Assembly (NCBI GenBank): GCA_016748015.1
Contig: JAAOMT010000708.1
Location: forward strand, 186,001 to 250,000
Length of the DNA: 64,000 nucleotides
Source: Geosiphon pyriformis uo1
Taxonomy: Eukaryota > Fungi > Glomeromycota
Direction of reading: 5' to 3'
In this document: positions 14,601 through 26,715 of the stretch, piece by piece
Numbering within the stretch: the first letter of the stretch is position 1
Layout of the letters: every line of letters begins with the position of its first letter
Program-made: the position numbers and the translations under genes
The notes under the pieces: generated by a model
Database searches by the model: none
What the model was told of the DNA's origin: nothing
The model's input: the letters and a program-made list of their open reading frames with translations, nothing else

Positions 14601-15292
14601 GAAAAAAAACCAAGATTCAAAATTGGAATTAAAATTTAATTCTAATTCAAACTTTGATGATAACAACAACAATAGTTCCAACTTCATTTATAATAGCAAT
14701 AACAATAACAATTCAAACTCTAATTACAACTCTAAACAATATATTACAATTTCAGATCTAGCAATAAAGCAGAAACTAAAATAGTTCAATAATAATTATA
14801 AAGATATTATACCAAAATATATACATAATATTAATACAGAGTTTAATTTTAGATATTTAAGAAAAACTATTATTAGATTGAAACTACATTCACACACCAG
14901 TATAGATCTGAAAATATTACTGAAAATTCTAGTAACAACAATGGTTTAATTAGCATCTAGATCTAGTTTAGCAAAAAAAGAAATTAATATCAAAGAAAAA
15001 ATAATTAATACAGGATATATAAAAAATATTATTGTAATGCTACAAAACAATTTAGAAAAAAAATATACCATTGAACTAAATAAAAAGATAGCACAGACAA
15101 TATTTCTACCTCTAATAAAAATAGCTCAATTGGTGTTAGGAGAAACAAAAGAAGAATTAAGAATAACTGCAAAAAGAATAAATAAATTCGAATTAAATAG
15201 TAAAATAGACATATTAATTAATATAGCAGAAGAAAAACCAATTAATAAGAAGGAAATTATTTCCATCAATCAATCAGTTTTTATTCTACCAT

Positions 15293-16173
15293 TGTTATTT
15301 ATAGAAATATAGGGAATATATATTAGCATAGTTATTAACCAATCAGAAGTAGATGTAGTAAAATGTGGAATTCCAAGATTCCTTTCAGGAATTGCAGGAT
15401 TCTAGGAATTACAGGATTCTCACAAAGAATCACAGGATTCCAGAATTCCAGAATTCCTCTCAAAAAAATTGCAGGATTTCAGAAATCCCAGAATTCCTGT
15501 TGTGAAGAATTGAGGAATTGAGGAATCTCAATTATGTATATATAGCAGTAGGATTAGAAGCTAAAAAGACAGACCTCTCAGTTTAGATTTTATCTAAACA
15601 ACTTTTCAAACCACAAATAAATAACTGTTTGTTATCTCAAACCTGCTGCCACTATCAACACTTCATGTTGATAGTAATTGATACTTAACCACACTGGAAC
15701 AATAGCTTTTGATCATGGCTATTGATGGAATACTAACTTGTAAATTGCCTTGGCTTATTTCTTTTCTTTCTTTATTTTCTTTTCTTTTCTTTTCTTTTCT
15801 TTATTTCTTGCTTTGATTTTATTGTTGTTTACTAACTTTATTGAGGATTAACACATAGGGTATTGACATCTGGATAAACGTGACTGGTAAAAGATCCAGA
15901 AATAAGAGTAGAACACTTGATTAAGGATAGCTTACCAAGAGGAATACCAGCCATCAAGCTGAGAAAGAAATTGACGAAACTGCAGTTTCGAGAAGCTATG
16001 GATAAAACTATTATCATTGAATCTCTGTCCATTATACAAAGAACTCAACCAAACCCTTTGGATACAGACCTTTTAGACACCAACCTTTAGATTACTATCA
16101 ACTGCAATTAGATTTAAACACCAAGTTATGAGTTTATTATTTAATCCAATACCAGAAATAGTCACCTGTAACA
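15293..16173 (+). repeat. Solo LTR inserted downstream of the C1 dUTPase
   Basis: TG...CA ends, perfect TSD CCAT/CCAT; GGAATTCC-type U3 repeats, CCAAT and TATA. Confidence 0.93.
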
Positions 16174-19100
16174 CCATATAACCAGTATATGTTAGTAATA
16201 GAAAAAAAAGTAAGGAACCAGTCCCAAATTTTTGAAGCAGAACCAACTATTTGTGAATTTGGGAAAATTGGAATTATTAATCTCTATATACTGGCCAAGA
16301 ACTATAAAAACATCAAAATTTCTATTTACAACACAACTAAAAACACCATAAAAATACCAAATAGAACTACCATTAGATACTTAAACACTGAAGTTGAGAA
16401 CCAACTACCAAACACTATTCCAGATTTTTCACAACTGTGCAGATATGTGGATATTACATTACAAACAATTTACAAATGAGAAAAATGTTATTTGCTTTAA
16501 CCAAAACAATTAAAACAAATAAACTTGGAAAACTTAGACTCACTTTAATATATGTAACTCAAGATGCTACTTAACAATTTTACTAATATTTTTGTCAGTG
16601 AAAACGAATTTGATAGAACTGACATTATTCAGCATTAAATCAAAACTGAAAATATTATGCCAATTAAACAACAAGCATATTAAGTACCACCAGCAAATTA
16701 TAAAATCATCTGACAAAAAATCAACAAAATATTGGACAATAGATTAATTTAATTATCCATGAGTCCATGATTATTACCAATGATATTAGTTTCAAAAAAA
16801 AAAGAAAAATCTGTTTTTGTATAGATTACAGAAAGCTTAACAGTATTACTTATGAGAACAACTATCCAACTCTACAGATTCAAAAATTATTCAATGTATT
16901 TGGAGAAAAGAAATGGTTTTTAATATTGAATCTAAACAGTAATTATTGGCAAGTAGCCATAAAACCAGAGAATAAAAAAACCATGTTTATTATAAGAAAA
17001 AAGAATTTTAAATTTGATGTTATGTTGTTTGGCTTAATTAACATTCCAGCTACCTTCTAATAGCTAATGGAAATTATTTATATTAGATTACTATGAAAAT
17101 CAGTAGTAGTCTATTTGGATAATACCAATGTGTTTTCCAAAACATTTGATGATTATTTATATTATTTTTAGTAAGTATTTGAGAAATTAAAGAGAATTGG
17201 ATTAAAATTAAATGCAAGCAAATGCTTTTTTGACAAAACAGAACTGAAATTCTTGAGACATATAAAAAAAGATGGCATAAAAATGGATCCAAATAAAATT
17301 GAAATAGTTAAAAACTTTTTAGTAACAACAAATCTCACAGAATTAAACGCATTCTTGAAATTTGCCAAATACTATTACTGTTTTATCCAGAGCTTTTCTA
17401 AACTGGCTTAACTATTTTATCAGTTCTAAGCAAAGATATGAAATATAAATGGACTGAAACACAACAAAAAGCTTTTAACATTTTGAAAAAAAAGCTTATT
17501 CAAGCACCAGTATTGATTTATTCAGATTACAGCAGACTATTTATCATTACTACTAATGTATCTGGTCAAGTATTGGAAGCAGTATTGTCACAAAAAAGAG
17601 CAAATGGACATGAATATCCAGTAACATACATTAGCAGAAGTTTAAGTCCAGCCAAAAAAAATTATAGAATTCTAACATTGGAACACTTAGCTATTTATTA
17701 GGCTATTATTAAATAGAAAAAATACTTGAGTCAAAAGTTTAATGTGTACACTAATCACAAAAGATTGACATCAATTCAGAAACAAAAATTTGTAAATAAT
17801 TACTATGCAATATAGAAAATAAAATTATTACTATTTAATTATACTATATATTATAAAAATAAAAATAAAAATAAAAATACCAACAGTTTGTCATAAATAA
17901 AACAAATCTAAGAATATTTTAAACCCAAAAATATAAAAAGATAAATACACAAAAATATTAACAACTCTAACAATATATTAATACTCAATAGTTTAAAGAA
18001 AAATTATTTTAAAAAGAACAAAATAATATAAAACAACAAGCAAAATATTTTATTACTTATCAAAATATATTATACTAAAAAAACAGAAAATACCCAGATC
18101 AACCACTCAGAATAATTACAAAACCAGAAAAAGAAACAATATTATTCAATATACATTCAGATTCAACAGCAGAATATTTTCATAAAGAAGCAATTATGAA
18201 AAAAACTAGAAAAAAATATTATTGGCCATCTATATATTCAAATATTATCTAATATATTCAAAATTATAATGCTTGTCAGAAAAGAGAAGGAACAAGATCT
18301 AATGAACTGCTAAGACCAAACAAGATAGGACAACTATTTGACTGAATTGGAATCAACTTAGTTAGACTATTAACAATAACCAACAAAGGCAATCATTATA
18401 TAACAGTAGCTATGAACTGTCTTATAAAATGGCCAGAAATAAAAGCAATTCAAAGAACAGATGCAGAATTTATAGCTAAATTTGTTTACCAAAATTTAAT
18501 TTGTCAACACAGATGTTTAAAAAAATTATTATTAGATCAAAAAACTTACTTTATAAACAGAATACTAATAGAATTAAGTTAAAGATTTGGAATTAAGAGA
18601 CTATTATTATTATTATATCATCTATAAACTAATGGCTTAGTCAAAAGATTTAACAGAACATTATATAAAACAATAGCCAAGATCAGCCAAAAAAACCAGT
18701 ATGAATGGAATTTGTTTATACTATCAGTACTATTTGTTTATCAAACAATAAAGCAAAATATTACACAAGCAACATCATTTGAATTTGTTTATGGTAAAAC
18801 AGCAATGTTATTAGTAGAAATAAATATCAACACATATTCAACAAAACCAATAACAGAAGCCAATTTTCAAAGAACTTTGTTAAGAAAAACATATAAATTA
18901 ATAGAAACTTTGGAAAACAAAAGACAAAGAGCAGCTAATAACATTCAAAAATTACAAAAAAAATGACATAATAACCAATTACCAAATAAACCAATTGAAT
19001 TCAGAATTGAAAACAAAGTACTCTTATATTATACCAAAGTAAAAAAACAATAAAATAGAAAATTTGATTTCAAATAGAATAAATCATTTTACATTAAAGA

Positions 19101-20023
19101 AATTCTATAAATAAAGCTTATAAACTAAGATAAAACAACAAAATCTTAGCTAAAGCAGCATATAAAAATTGACTGAAACCATATTACAATATAGCATTAT
19201 TATTTATCAATAATATTTCACAATTGAGAGTACAATGAATACTAGTTTAATTAGATAAAATTTCACAAGATTTAGAACCAATTATAATTATCAATACAAA
19301 CACATCAAATTAATCTACAAAAATAGTATATAAAAACACAGTAGACATAACAATAGCAACAATAAAAGATGGAAATCTCAAACCACATTTATACAATGGC
19401 TCAATAATTATTCCAAGCCATAAATCAACAACAATTAGACATAGAAATTGTTATCAACTACCAAACAATTTGTTATTAAAACACAAAAAGAGAAAAAAAA
19501 GCAGAAATAACTTCATGTTAATAACCACAAAACCAAACAAAGTATTGGTCAGATAAAATCATAAAAAAAGTAAAAAACACTTTTAGAAAAATACCAAGAA
19601 TAATTTTAACAGAGAAACTAACCAAAAAAAATTAAAAGCTATAAACAAAACAACTTCCAGTAGCATATTGTTATTACCAACTAAAACAAAAGCTGAATAT
19701 TCAGAAATTATACATCAATAAAATTAAAAGAATATTTAATCAAGAAATAGTACAATAGATTGAAAAGTTTATTAGGAAAAAAACAAATTTAAGAATATAC
19801 ATCAAAACAATTTACTGACTACATGTTATATTTTAAAACTATTCAGAAATACTACTACACTAAAAAATAGAAACAATAATCATTAACCAGTAGAGAAAAT
19901 GAACAATGTTCAATGTAAAAAAATAAAGAACAGAATTAAACAAACAATATTAGAAAAAGAACTAATAAATTTAATTCAAAGTAAAAATTTTAACAGAGTT
20001 TAATATTAAAAAAAAGAAGATAA

Positions 20024-21056
20024 TATTACTTATAGAAAAATACAAAAAGAAAAAGCTAAAAAAAAATAGATAAAAAAATAGACTAATAAAAAAATAGTAC
20101 TTAATACATGAGCACAATATCAGAAAACTATAATACATTGCTTAGTAATATATATATTGTTAGTAAATTATGACATACTGTTTAACAATATAAGCAATAT
20201 TAATAAATTAGAGCACACTGCTTAGCAATATAAGCAATGGCAATAAATTAGGACATACTGTTCAGCAATGTAAACAATATTAATAAATTAGAACATATTG
20301 TTCAAGAAAAATATAAGATTTTGTAAAACAAGAAATATGTATATATAGCAAGAATATTAGAAACAAAAAAGACAGAATTCATTCCAGAATTCGATTCAAA
20401 ATTAATATTTACAACCCATTAATTATTTCATACTCTTTTTTTTAAAAGATAGTTTTCTATACCTTAAAGTAAAATCAAATCACATATCAATAAAATATTA
20501 ATTACTACTTGAATTCATGTTATCATTACTTGATTAAAAAAATATCAAACACTTTCACTCTATTAATATTCTATGTTGATAGAATCCAACATTTAACTAT
20601 ACTGGATCAATAACTCTTGATTATGACTATTAATGAAATACTAATTTCTTAAATTTTTTTTTAACTTCTTTTATTATTATCTCTTTTATTTTCTTTTGTT
20701 TGTTGTGTTAATTTACTAACTAATTAAAAAGATTAAACATTGAGTATTTTGACATCAAGGTAGCTTAGTAAAAAACCTAGATATAAGAGTATAAAACTAG
20801 AAAATTAAGGATAGCTTACCAAAAGAGCATAACTGTTGGAATAAACCAGTCATTATATTGAAGGAAGAAATTAATAGAATAATTATTTCAGAAAGCTATT
20901 AAAACAACTATTGAATCTCTGTTTATTATATAAAAGACTCTACCCAAAATTTTTAGATCATGAAAATCTTCAGATATTACCAATACCATCTAGTTATTGA
21001 GCATCAAGTTACAGATTTGTTATTTGTATTAACACCATAAATAATCACTTATAACA
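20024..21056 (+). repeat. C1 3' LTR
   Basis: Preceded by purine tract; direct repeat of 9169-10199. Confidence 0.9.
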
Positions 21057-21370
21057 GCAGTTATGTTTTTTTAGTAAGCTATTCTTAGTTTTCTTTATTT
21101 TTGTTTTACAGGTCTTTTACCAAACTATCTTTGACATCAATTACTTAGCACTTAATTTTTTAATCAATTAGTAAATAAAAATAAAAATAAAATAAAAAAA
21201 ATAAAAATAAAATAAAAATAAAAATAAGAAATTAGTATCTTATTAATAGCTATAATCAAGAGCTATTGGTCTAATGTAATTAAATATTAGATTTTATTTA
21301 TATAAAGTATTAATAGTATAGAAGTAATTAATATTTTTTAGTCAAATGATAACAAATATAAATTAAATAA
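21057..21370 (-). repeat. Element E 3' LTR, piece 2 of 3
   Basis: Continues 8967-9168 and runs on into 31570 onward. Confidence 0.85.
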
Positions 21371-22254
21371 TGTTACTCATAGAAATATAAGAAATATATT
21401 AGCATAATTATTAGCCAATCAGAAGTAAGCATAGTAAATGTAAAATTCCAGGATTCCTTTCAGGAATTGCAGGATTCCAAGAATTTTAGAATTCCCAATG
21501 AGGAATTGTAGGATTCCAAAATTCCAGAATTCCTCTCAAAGGAATCGCAGGATTCCAGGAATTTCAGGATTCCTGTTATGAAGAATCAAGGAATTGAGAA
21601 ATCTCAATTATGTATATATAGCAGTAGTGTTAAAAACAGAAAAGACAGAATTAATACCACAGAATCCTTAATTTAGAAACACAATCATCAAATAAATAAT
21701 TATTTTATATCTCAAATCCACTCTCCACTATCAACCCTTCATGTTGATAGTAATTGATACTTAACCACGCTGAAACAATAGCTCTTGATCATGGCTATTG
21801 ATGGAATACTAATCTGCAAATTGTCTTGGCTTATTTCTTTGCTTTCTTTATTTTTCTTTTATTTTTTTTTCTTTATTTTATTTTAATTTGTTGTTATATA
21901 CTAATTGATAAAAGATTAAGCGCTGAGTTATTGACGTCAAGGATAGCCTGGTAAAAGACCCAGAAATACTGGTAAGATTTTATATATTATCGGATAGCTT
22001 ACCAGAAGGGCATGACTACTAGACTAAATCTGGCCACCACACTGAGAAAGAAATTGGGAAAACTCTTGGAAAATATATCTACTATCGATACTATTAAATC
22101 TCTGTCCATTATACAAAGAACTCAACCAAAACCTTCAGATTCATCAAAACCTTCAGATACAGCACCTTTAAAACAGTCTCAACGGAAGTAGCTTTTGAGC
22201 ACCAAGTTATGGGTTTGTTATTTAATTTAACAGCAGAAATATTCACCTGTAACA
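21371..22254 (+). repeat. B1 5' LTR
   Basis: About 92% identical (hand count) to 30686-31569, same length. Confidence 0.97.
21413..21625 (+). promoter_or_regulatory. Putative LTR promoter: CCAAT (21415), GGA(A)TTCC repeat array, TATATATA (21613)
   Basis: Same order of motifs recurs in the LTRs at 15293, 30686, 41685 and 47244; function inferred. Confidence 0.6.
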
Positions 22255-22256
22255 TT

Positions 22257-22274
22257 TGGTGCTCCCTGTGAGGT
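22257..22274 (+). promoter_or_regulatory. Primer-binding site TGGTGCTCCCTGTGAGGT
   Basis: 2 nt after LTR end; complement reads CTCAC-AGGGAGC-A-CCA, the layout of a tRNA T-stem, acceptor arm, discriminator and CCA (resembles Ile-UAU or elongator Met); same PBS at 10202, ~47225-47241, ~50272-50288, ~60715-60732. Confidence 0.88.
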
Positions 22275-22316
22275 ATAATCTTACAGAGAACCAGCACCAA
22301 CAACACCAAACCAAAA

Positions 22317-23283
22317 GTGGCAGAATCAGAAATTATAGGAGCAAACCATTTAGGATTTGCAAAATTCTTATTTCAACACTATTGTCAATACTTGGGATTA
22401 AACCACAATCATATATCCGCCGAATCAGCCTTCAATTTCTACGTCAACGAAAAGATTTCCTCTTTATTAGGAACACCAGTGAATACTGAATCAGCAAGAG
22501 AAACTTTCTATAAAGAATTAATTCAAAACATTAACCTACCAACAAATCATAATTTTGCATCCATCATTACTGAGATCAACAAAGAAATTGAACACTACAC
22601 TCAACAAAGATATCCAATTACATACATTAGTAAAGGCAAGGGAAAATTACAAACACCAGCAGTAACACCCAGAAAATTACAGCCACCTGCTTGGAAGAAA
22701 AACAGAGTTGAATCCCCAAGCAACCCATCCTACCACTATACACCTGGAAGCGCTATCAACATATCATTAACTGACACATTCTCATCAACTGCGACATCAG
22801 CATTTGGACGATTCTTATTCCAAAATAGACAAAGGAAAACAGAATTGTTAGAACTATATGGCGAATACTTTGAGGGATTTTAATTCGCGATCATCAACCC
22901 CATCAGGACTTTGATCACCACCGCCTCCACCAGATTTTGGAATCTCTGATCTGTGAGAAGTAGTGAAATTAGAAAAGGAGGAAGAAGAATCAGAGGATCA
23001 AGAATTTACTTACCAAAACTCGATCACTGAAAGCCCGGAAGTTGAAACCCCGAATCTTCAAGCTCAGCAAAATTTAAATATAGAAAATTCAGAAATCGAA
23101 ACTCCGAATCAGCAAAGACAGAACAATCTAAAACCCAAATTAATTAATCAGCAAAACTTACCTCTGATAATTGTCATCGATCAACTACCGATTAATCCAG
23201 TAGCCGAATTTATATAACAGCCACTTCAACTACCACCCCAGCAACCACTTCAACAGCCACCACAATCACCTAACTTAGACCCA
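22317..23283 (+). pseudogene. GUG-starting N-terminal extension of Gag (~320 aa, no Met)
   Basis: ORF 22317-22883 joins frame +1 after removing one extra nucleotide at ~22881 absent from three sibling copies; homologous to family A ORF 60476-60673. Confidence 0.75.
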
Positions 23284-24070
23284 ATGGCCTATACACTCAT
23301 CACAAAACTTGACAACTTTACTGGTGAAAAGAATGATGCTTAAGTATGGCTGAATAATGTAGAAAAGACCATCACGGCCAACAGATGGAATGACGTCCGA
23401 ACCATGCAAGCCATTCTCTACTTTCTCAAGAATACTACTAATTTATGGTATCAAAGCTTGGTTAATAAACCACAAGATTTCAATGCCTTCAAAGCGGAAT
23501 TCCTAAGATACTTCAGTAACAACAATAGCATCAATTGCCTAGTCAATACATTTACCACCATGAAACAAGGAGAAACTGAAGCAGTCACCACTTACCTAGG
23601 ACACTTCCATTGAAACTTGCACCAAATTCAAGCAATTAATGATGACTATTTTACAGCACCACAGATACTCAACCAGTTTATCTGTGGCCTATGCAGCAGT
23701 ATCTTGCAACATGTATGTCTGTTGCATCCTGGCATGCTTCAAGACGCAGTTACATGCACCAGAGATTTTGAATCTGCTAAGTCAGAGGCTAACCATGCCC
23801 AAGTCATTAATTTAGTAATGAATGGATCATCTGAATTGGATTCTAAATTGGAGAAGTTCAGTAAATCAATCAATAAGAGATTGGAAGAATACTTAGCTAA
23901 CAATTACACCATCTATCAGCCTCCATAATGACGCAATAACCAAAGACATTCTAATTGTGGCCAAAATCAACTGCGTTTATCTTCATCAACCAATCAACAG
24001 TGGCAACAGGAAACACATATCTGCCACTATTGTGATAACCAAGGACATATCCAAATTGACTGTTGCCAGC
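23284..24070 (+). pseudogene. gag: Gag capsid domain and CCHC zinc knuckle
   Basis: MAYTLITKLDNFTGE...W; MKQGETEAVTTY (MHR-like); CHYCDNQGHIQIDC at 24022-24063. Confidence 0.9.
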
Positions 24071-24689
24071 GTTTAAATAACCAACAATCGGAAAATCAAT
24101 ATCGAAACCCCGATCGCCAGTTCCAAACTCCAAATCATTATCCAAATCAAAGTCAAGACCAATATCAGAATAATTACCTGCCAATAACGCAGCAACCAAT
24201 CTATCAACTACTAGTATATCAACCTCCGATTTATCAGCCGCAGCCACAAGTAATATATCAACCACAGTTACAAGTAATATATTAACCACAGCCACAAATT
24301 ATTTATCAACCCCAACCAATTCAAACACTGCCCCAGAACCCAGCTCAAATGACATCAGGCAACCTTTAATCTAGAGTCACTCAAAACTGGAGATCGGCAA
24401 TAGTTGTTCACCAACCAATTCCCCGTTTGCTAGACCTATCATCAAGATTATGCACCCGGAATTTGGATACCAGTTGTGTCCAAAACCCAAATTCCCAACA
24501 TTATTTAAGTCTTCTGATTACCCCAGAAAATGCCACATCTGACAACACAGAATCCAATCAGCATGTACCTACCAACACAATTCCACCGGCAACCATCTCT
24601 AGCAACAAATCCCTAGCAGCCATCTTTCCTTTCGAACTCGAAGAAAACACATCAATACCATTATTCAGTGGAGCCGCCCTCGAAGAGAA

Positions 24690-25070
24690 ACCCATAACAG
24701 CAATGTACATGGATGTCAGAGTTGATGGTCATTCCATCAAACTCATCCTAGATAGTGGATCAGCTGGCAGCATAATCACATGACAACTCATGGATCAATT
24801 AGGTCACCAAGTTAATCGAGCTGCCAGCACCAGAATCATCACAGCCAATGGAGCAACCAAAACTCCAATCAGTGAAATCGATGACTTTCCTTTTGAAGTC
24901 AATGGCATCATGACTTCCATTAAAGTTCTAGTAATGGAAGCCACTTAATACCAAGCTCTTATTGGTAATGACTGGCTATTCAAAGTCAACGCAATGTTAG
25001 ACTGGAACACCCAGGAACTCTAGCTAACATATCAGAGCCAACACATATGTGTCCCGGCCATGTGTGGTCA
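24690..25070 (+). pseudogene. Retropepsin aspartic protease
   Basis: LILDSGSAGSII active site (24751) and LIGNDWL C-terminal motif. Confidence 0.93.
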
Positions 25071-25425
25071 CTTTAAAATGCCTCCAAGAGAGAAACTATT
25101 GATCGAACTGGAGGAGGAGAAAGAAAAGCCTACCTGGGAAGCCTACCAAGTATCATGGACTGACGAAAAGCACAATGAGCTGCTGCCAATACTCTCCTGA
25201 AATGACAACAACAAGAAAAAAGGGAAACAAAAGAAAGAACTTACCTGGGAAACTGATGACCTGACATGGACTGACAACAATAAGAGCAAACTGATTTCAA
25301 GCTGGGAATGGGAAGAAGACAAAGAAAATAAAGGGAAAGGAAAAGAAAAAGAGACTATCCAAATCACCACCACTTATAACACTCACACTATACCACAACG
25401 ATCTACCTATCATTGACCTAAGCTT

Positions 25426-26040
25426 ATATGCGTCGATTGTGGCAAGAAATTGTCGTCAATGGGCGCATGCTGTGGTGATGATGAGAAATACCACACTGCA
25501 ACAAAATTCTACTGTCATCCATGCTTACTCGAACACTTTGGATGACCAAAAAGACAAGGAAAATGGGATAACCAACCTTGTCTTACTTGTGAAGAGACCC
25601 TGCTAGATGAAGGGATGTGGAATGACATCCCAGGATGGGGAGGAATGTGTGACATGTCGTGTCAATACACAATTCTAATAAGTGACTGGATAAGGAAAGA
25701 AACCCTAATAGAAGCAGTCTGAAGAAGAGCCGTGCAGCGACTGGACAGTTGTCCACATGACAATGATAAAATTTGGCAAATAGCACTCACCAAAATTGAA
25801 GGGGCGACACCAGAAGAGATAAAAATGATCAAAGACAACCCCCCAGAACTTTTAAAGCTTGACTGGGACACAGAACCCATCATAAACCTCTTGGATCTGG
25901 AACAATTCCATGAACACTACCAAGAATTAGCACCCACAAGGGAAGAACAAGAACAATGGTTAGAGCAGTTGAATGCTTAACTATGTCGATACTGCCTAAT
26001 TCCCTGTGATTTCTAGTATTGTGATGAGTGTGACCTCATT
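25426..26040 (+). pseudogene. Cys-rich putative multi-zinc region between PR and dUTPase
   Basis: CVDC..CHPC..CLTC..CDMSC and CRYC-x8-CDEC in the pol frame; conserved in family A. Confidence 0.75.
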
Positions 26041-26283
26041 TACAATCCACCACCATGCATAATCTACTCGATCCCTAAAGAAGAAAAACCAATCAGCAGC
26101 TGCACATCAGAATCAGAATCGCCAATCAATCACAATTCAAACTCTGACAATGATGACAATAACAACGGTTCAAGCTCTATTCAAATTGGCAATGATGATG
26201 GAAATGATTCAGACTCAAATTCAAAACCCGATGTAAACTATGAACAATACATTGTACTACCAGATCTCTCCAAGAAACAAGAG

Positions 26284-26715
26284 TTGAAATGGTATAGTGA
26301 CAATAGGGAAGATATTATGCCAGAACGTGTGCATGACACAGATGCAGGGTTTGATCTGAGATATCCAGGAAAAGATGCCATCAAATTAGAACCACATTCA
26401 CACACCTGCATTGATCTGAAAATAGCACTAGAAATTCCGGCAACAACAATGGTTCAATTAACATCTAGGAGTAGTTTAGCAAAAAGAGGGATCAATATAA
26501 GAGGAGGAATAATTAATGCGGGATATGTAGAAAATATCATTGCCATACTACAAAATGACTCAGAAAAGGCCTATATAATAGAGCCCAATGAAAAGATAGC
26601 ACAGGCAATATTTCTGTCTCTGATTAGAGTAGCTCAGTTAGTGTCAGTGGGAAAGAGGGAGAAATTGGGAATAACAGCGAAGGGAATACAAGAATTTGGA
26701 TCAATGGGTAGAATA
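26284..26715 (+). pseudogene. dut: Trimeric-type dUTPase domain
   Basis: All five motifs: AGFDL, RSSL, GII(D>N)AGY, KIAQ, KGIQEFGSMG (RGxxGFGSTG decayed). Confidence 0.93.

Larger units (their letters stand above)
9169..21056 (+). mobile_element. Full-length decayed family-B gypsy element C1 carrying two solo LTRs
   Basis: LTRs 9169-10199 and 20024-21056, PBS from 10202, TSD GTAG/GCAG; gag, PR, Zn region, dUTPase (~14780-15200), RT, RH, IN (17941-19313), ORF3 colinear with B1. Confidence 0.92.

Noticed and set aside
21440-21600. Heat-shock elements in U3
   Set aside because: Only two-unit TTCnnGAA matches seen; GAATTC spacing breaks the three-pentamer consensus
22257-22274. tRNA gene
   Set aside because: Only the 18-nt complement of a tRNA 3' end (PBS); no cloverleaf
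22875-22890. Programmed frameshift after ORF 22317-22883
   Set aside because: Copies C1, H and I lack the extra nucleotide and stay in frame; private indel in B1
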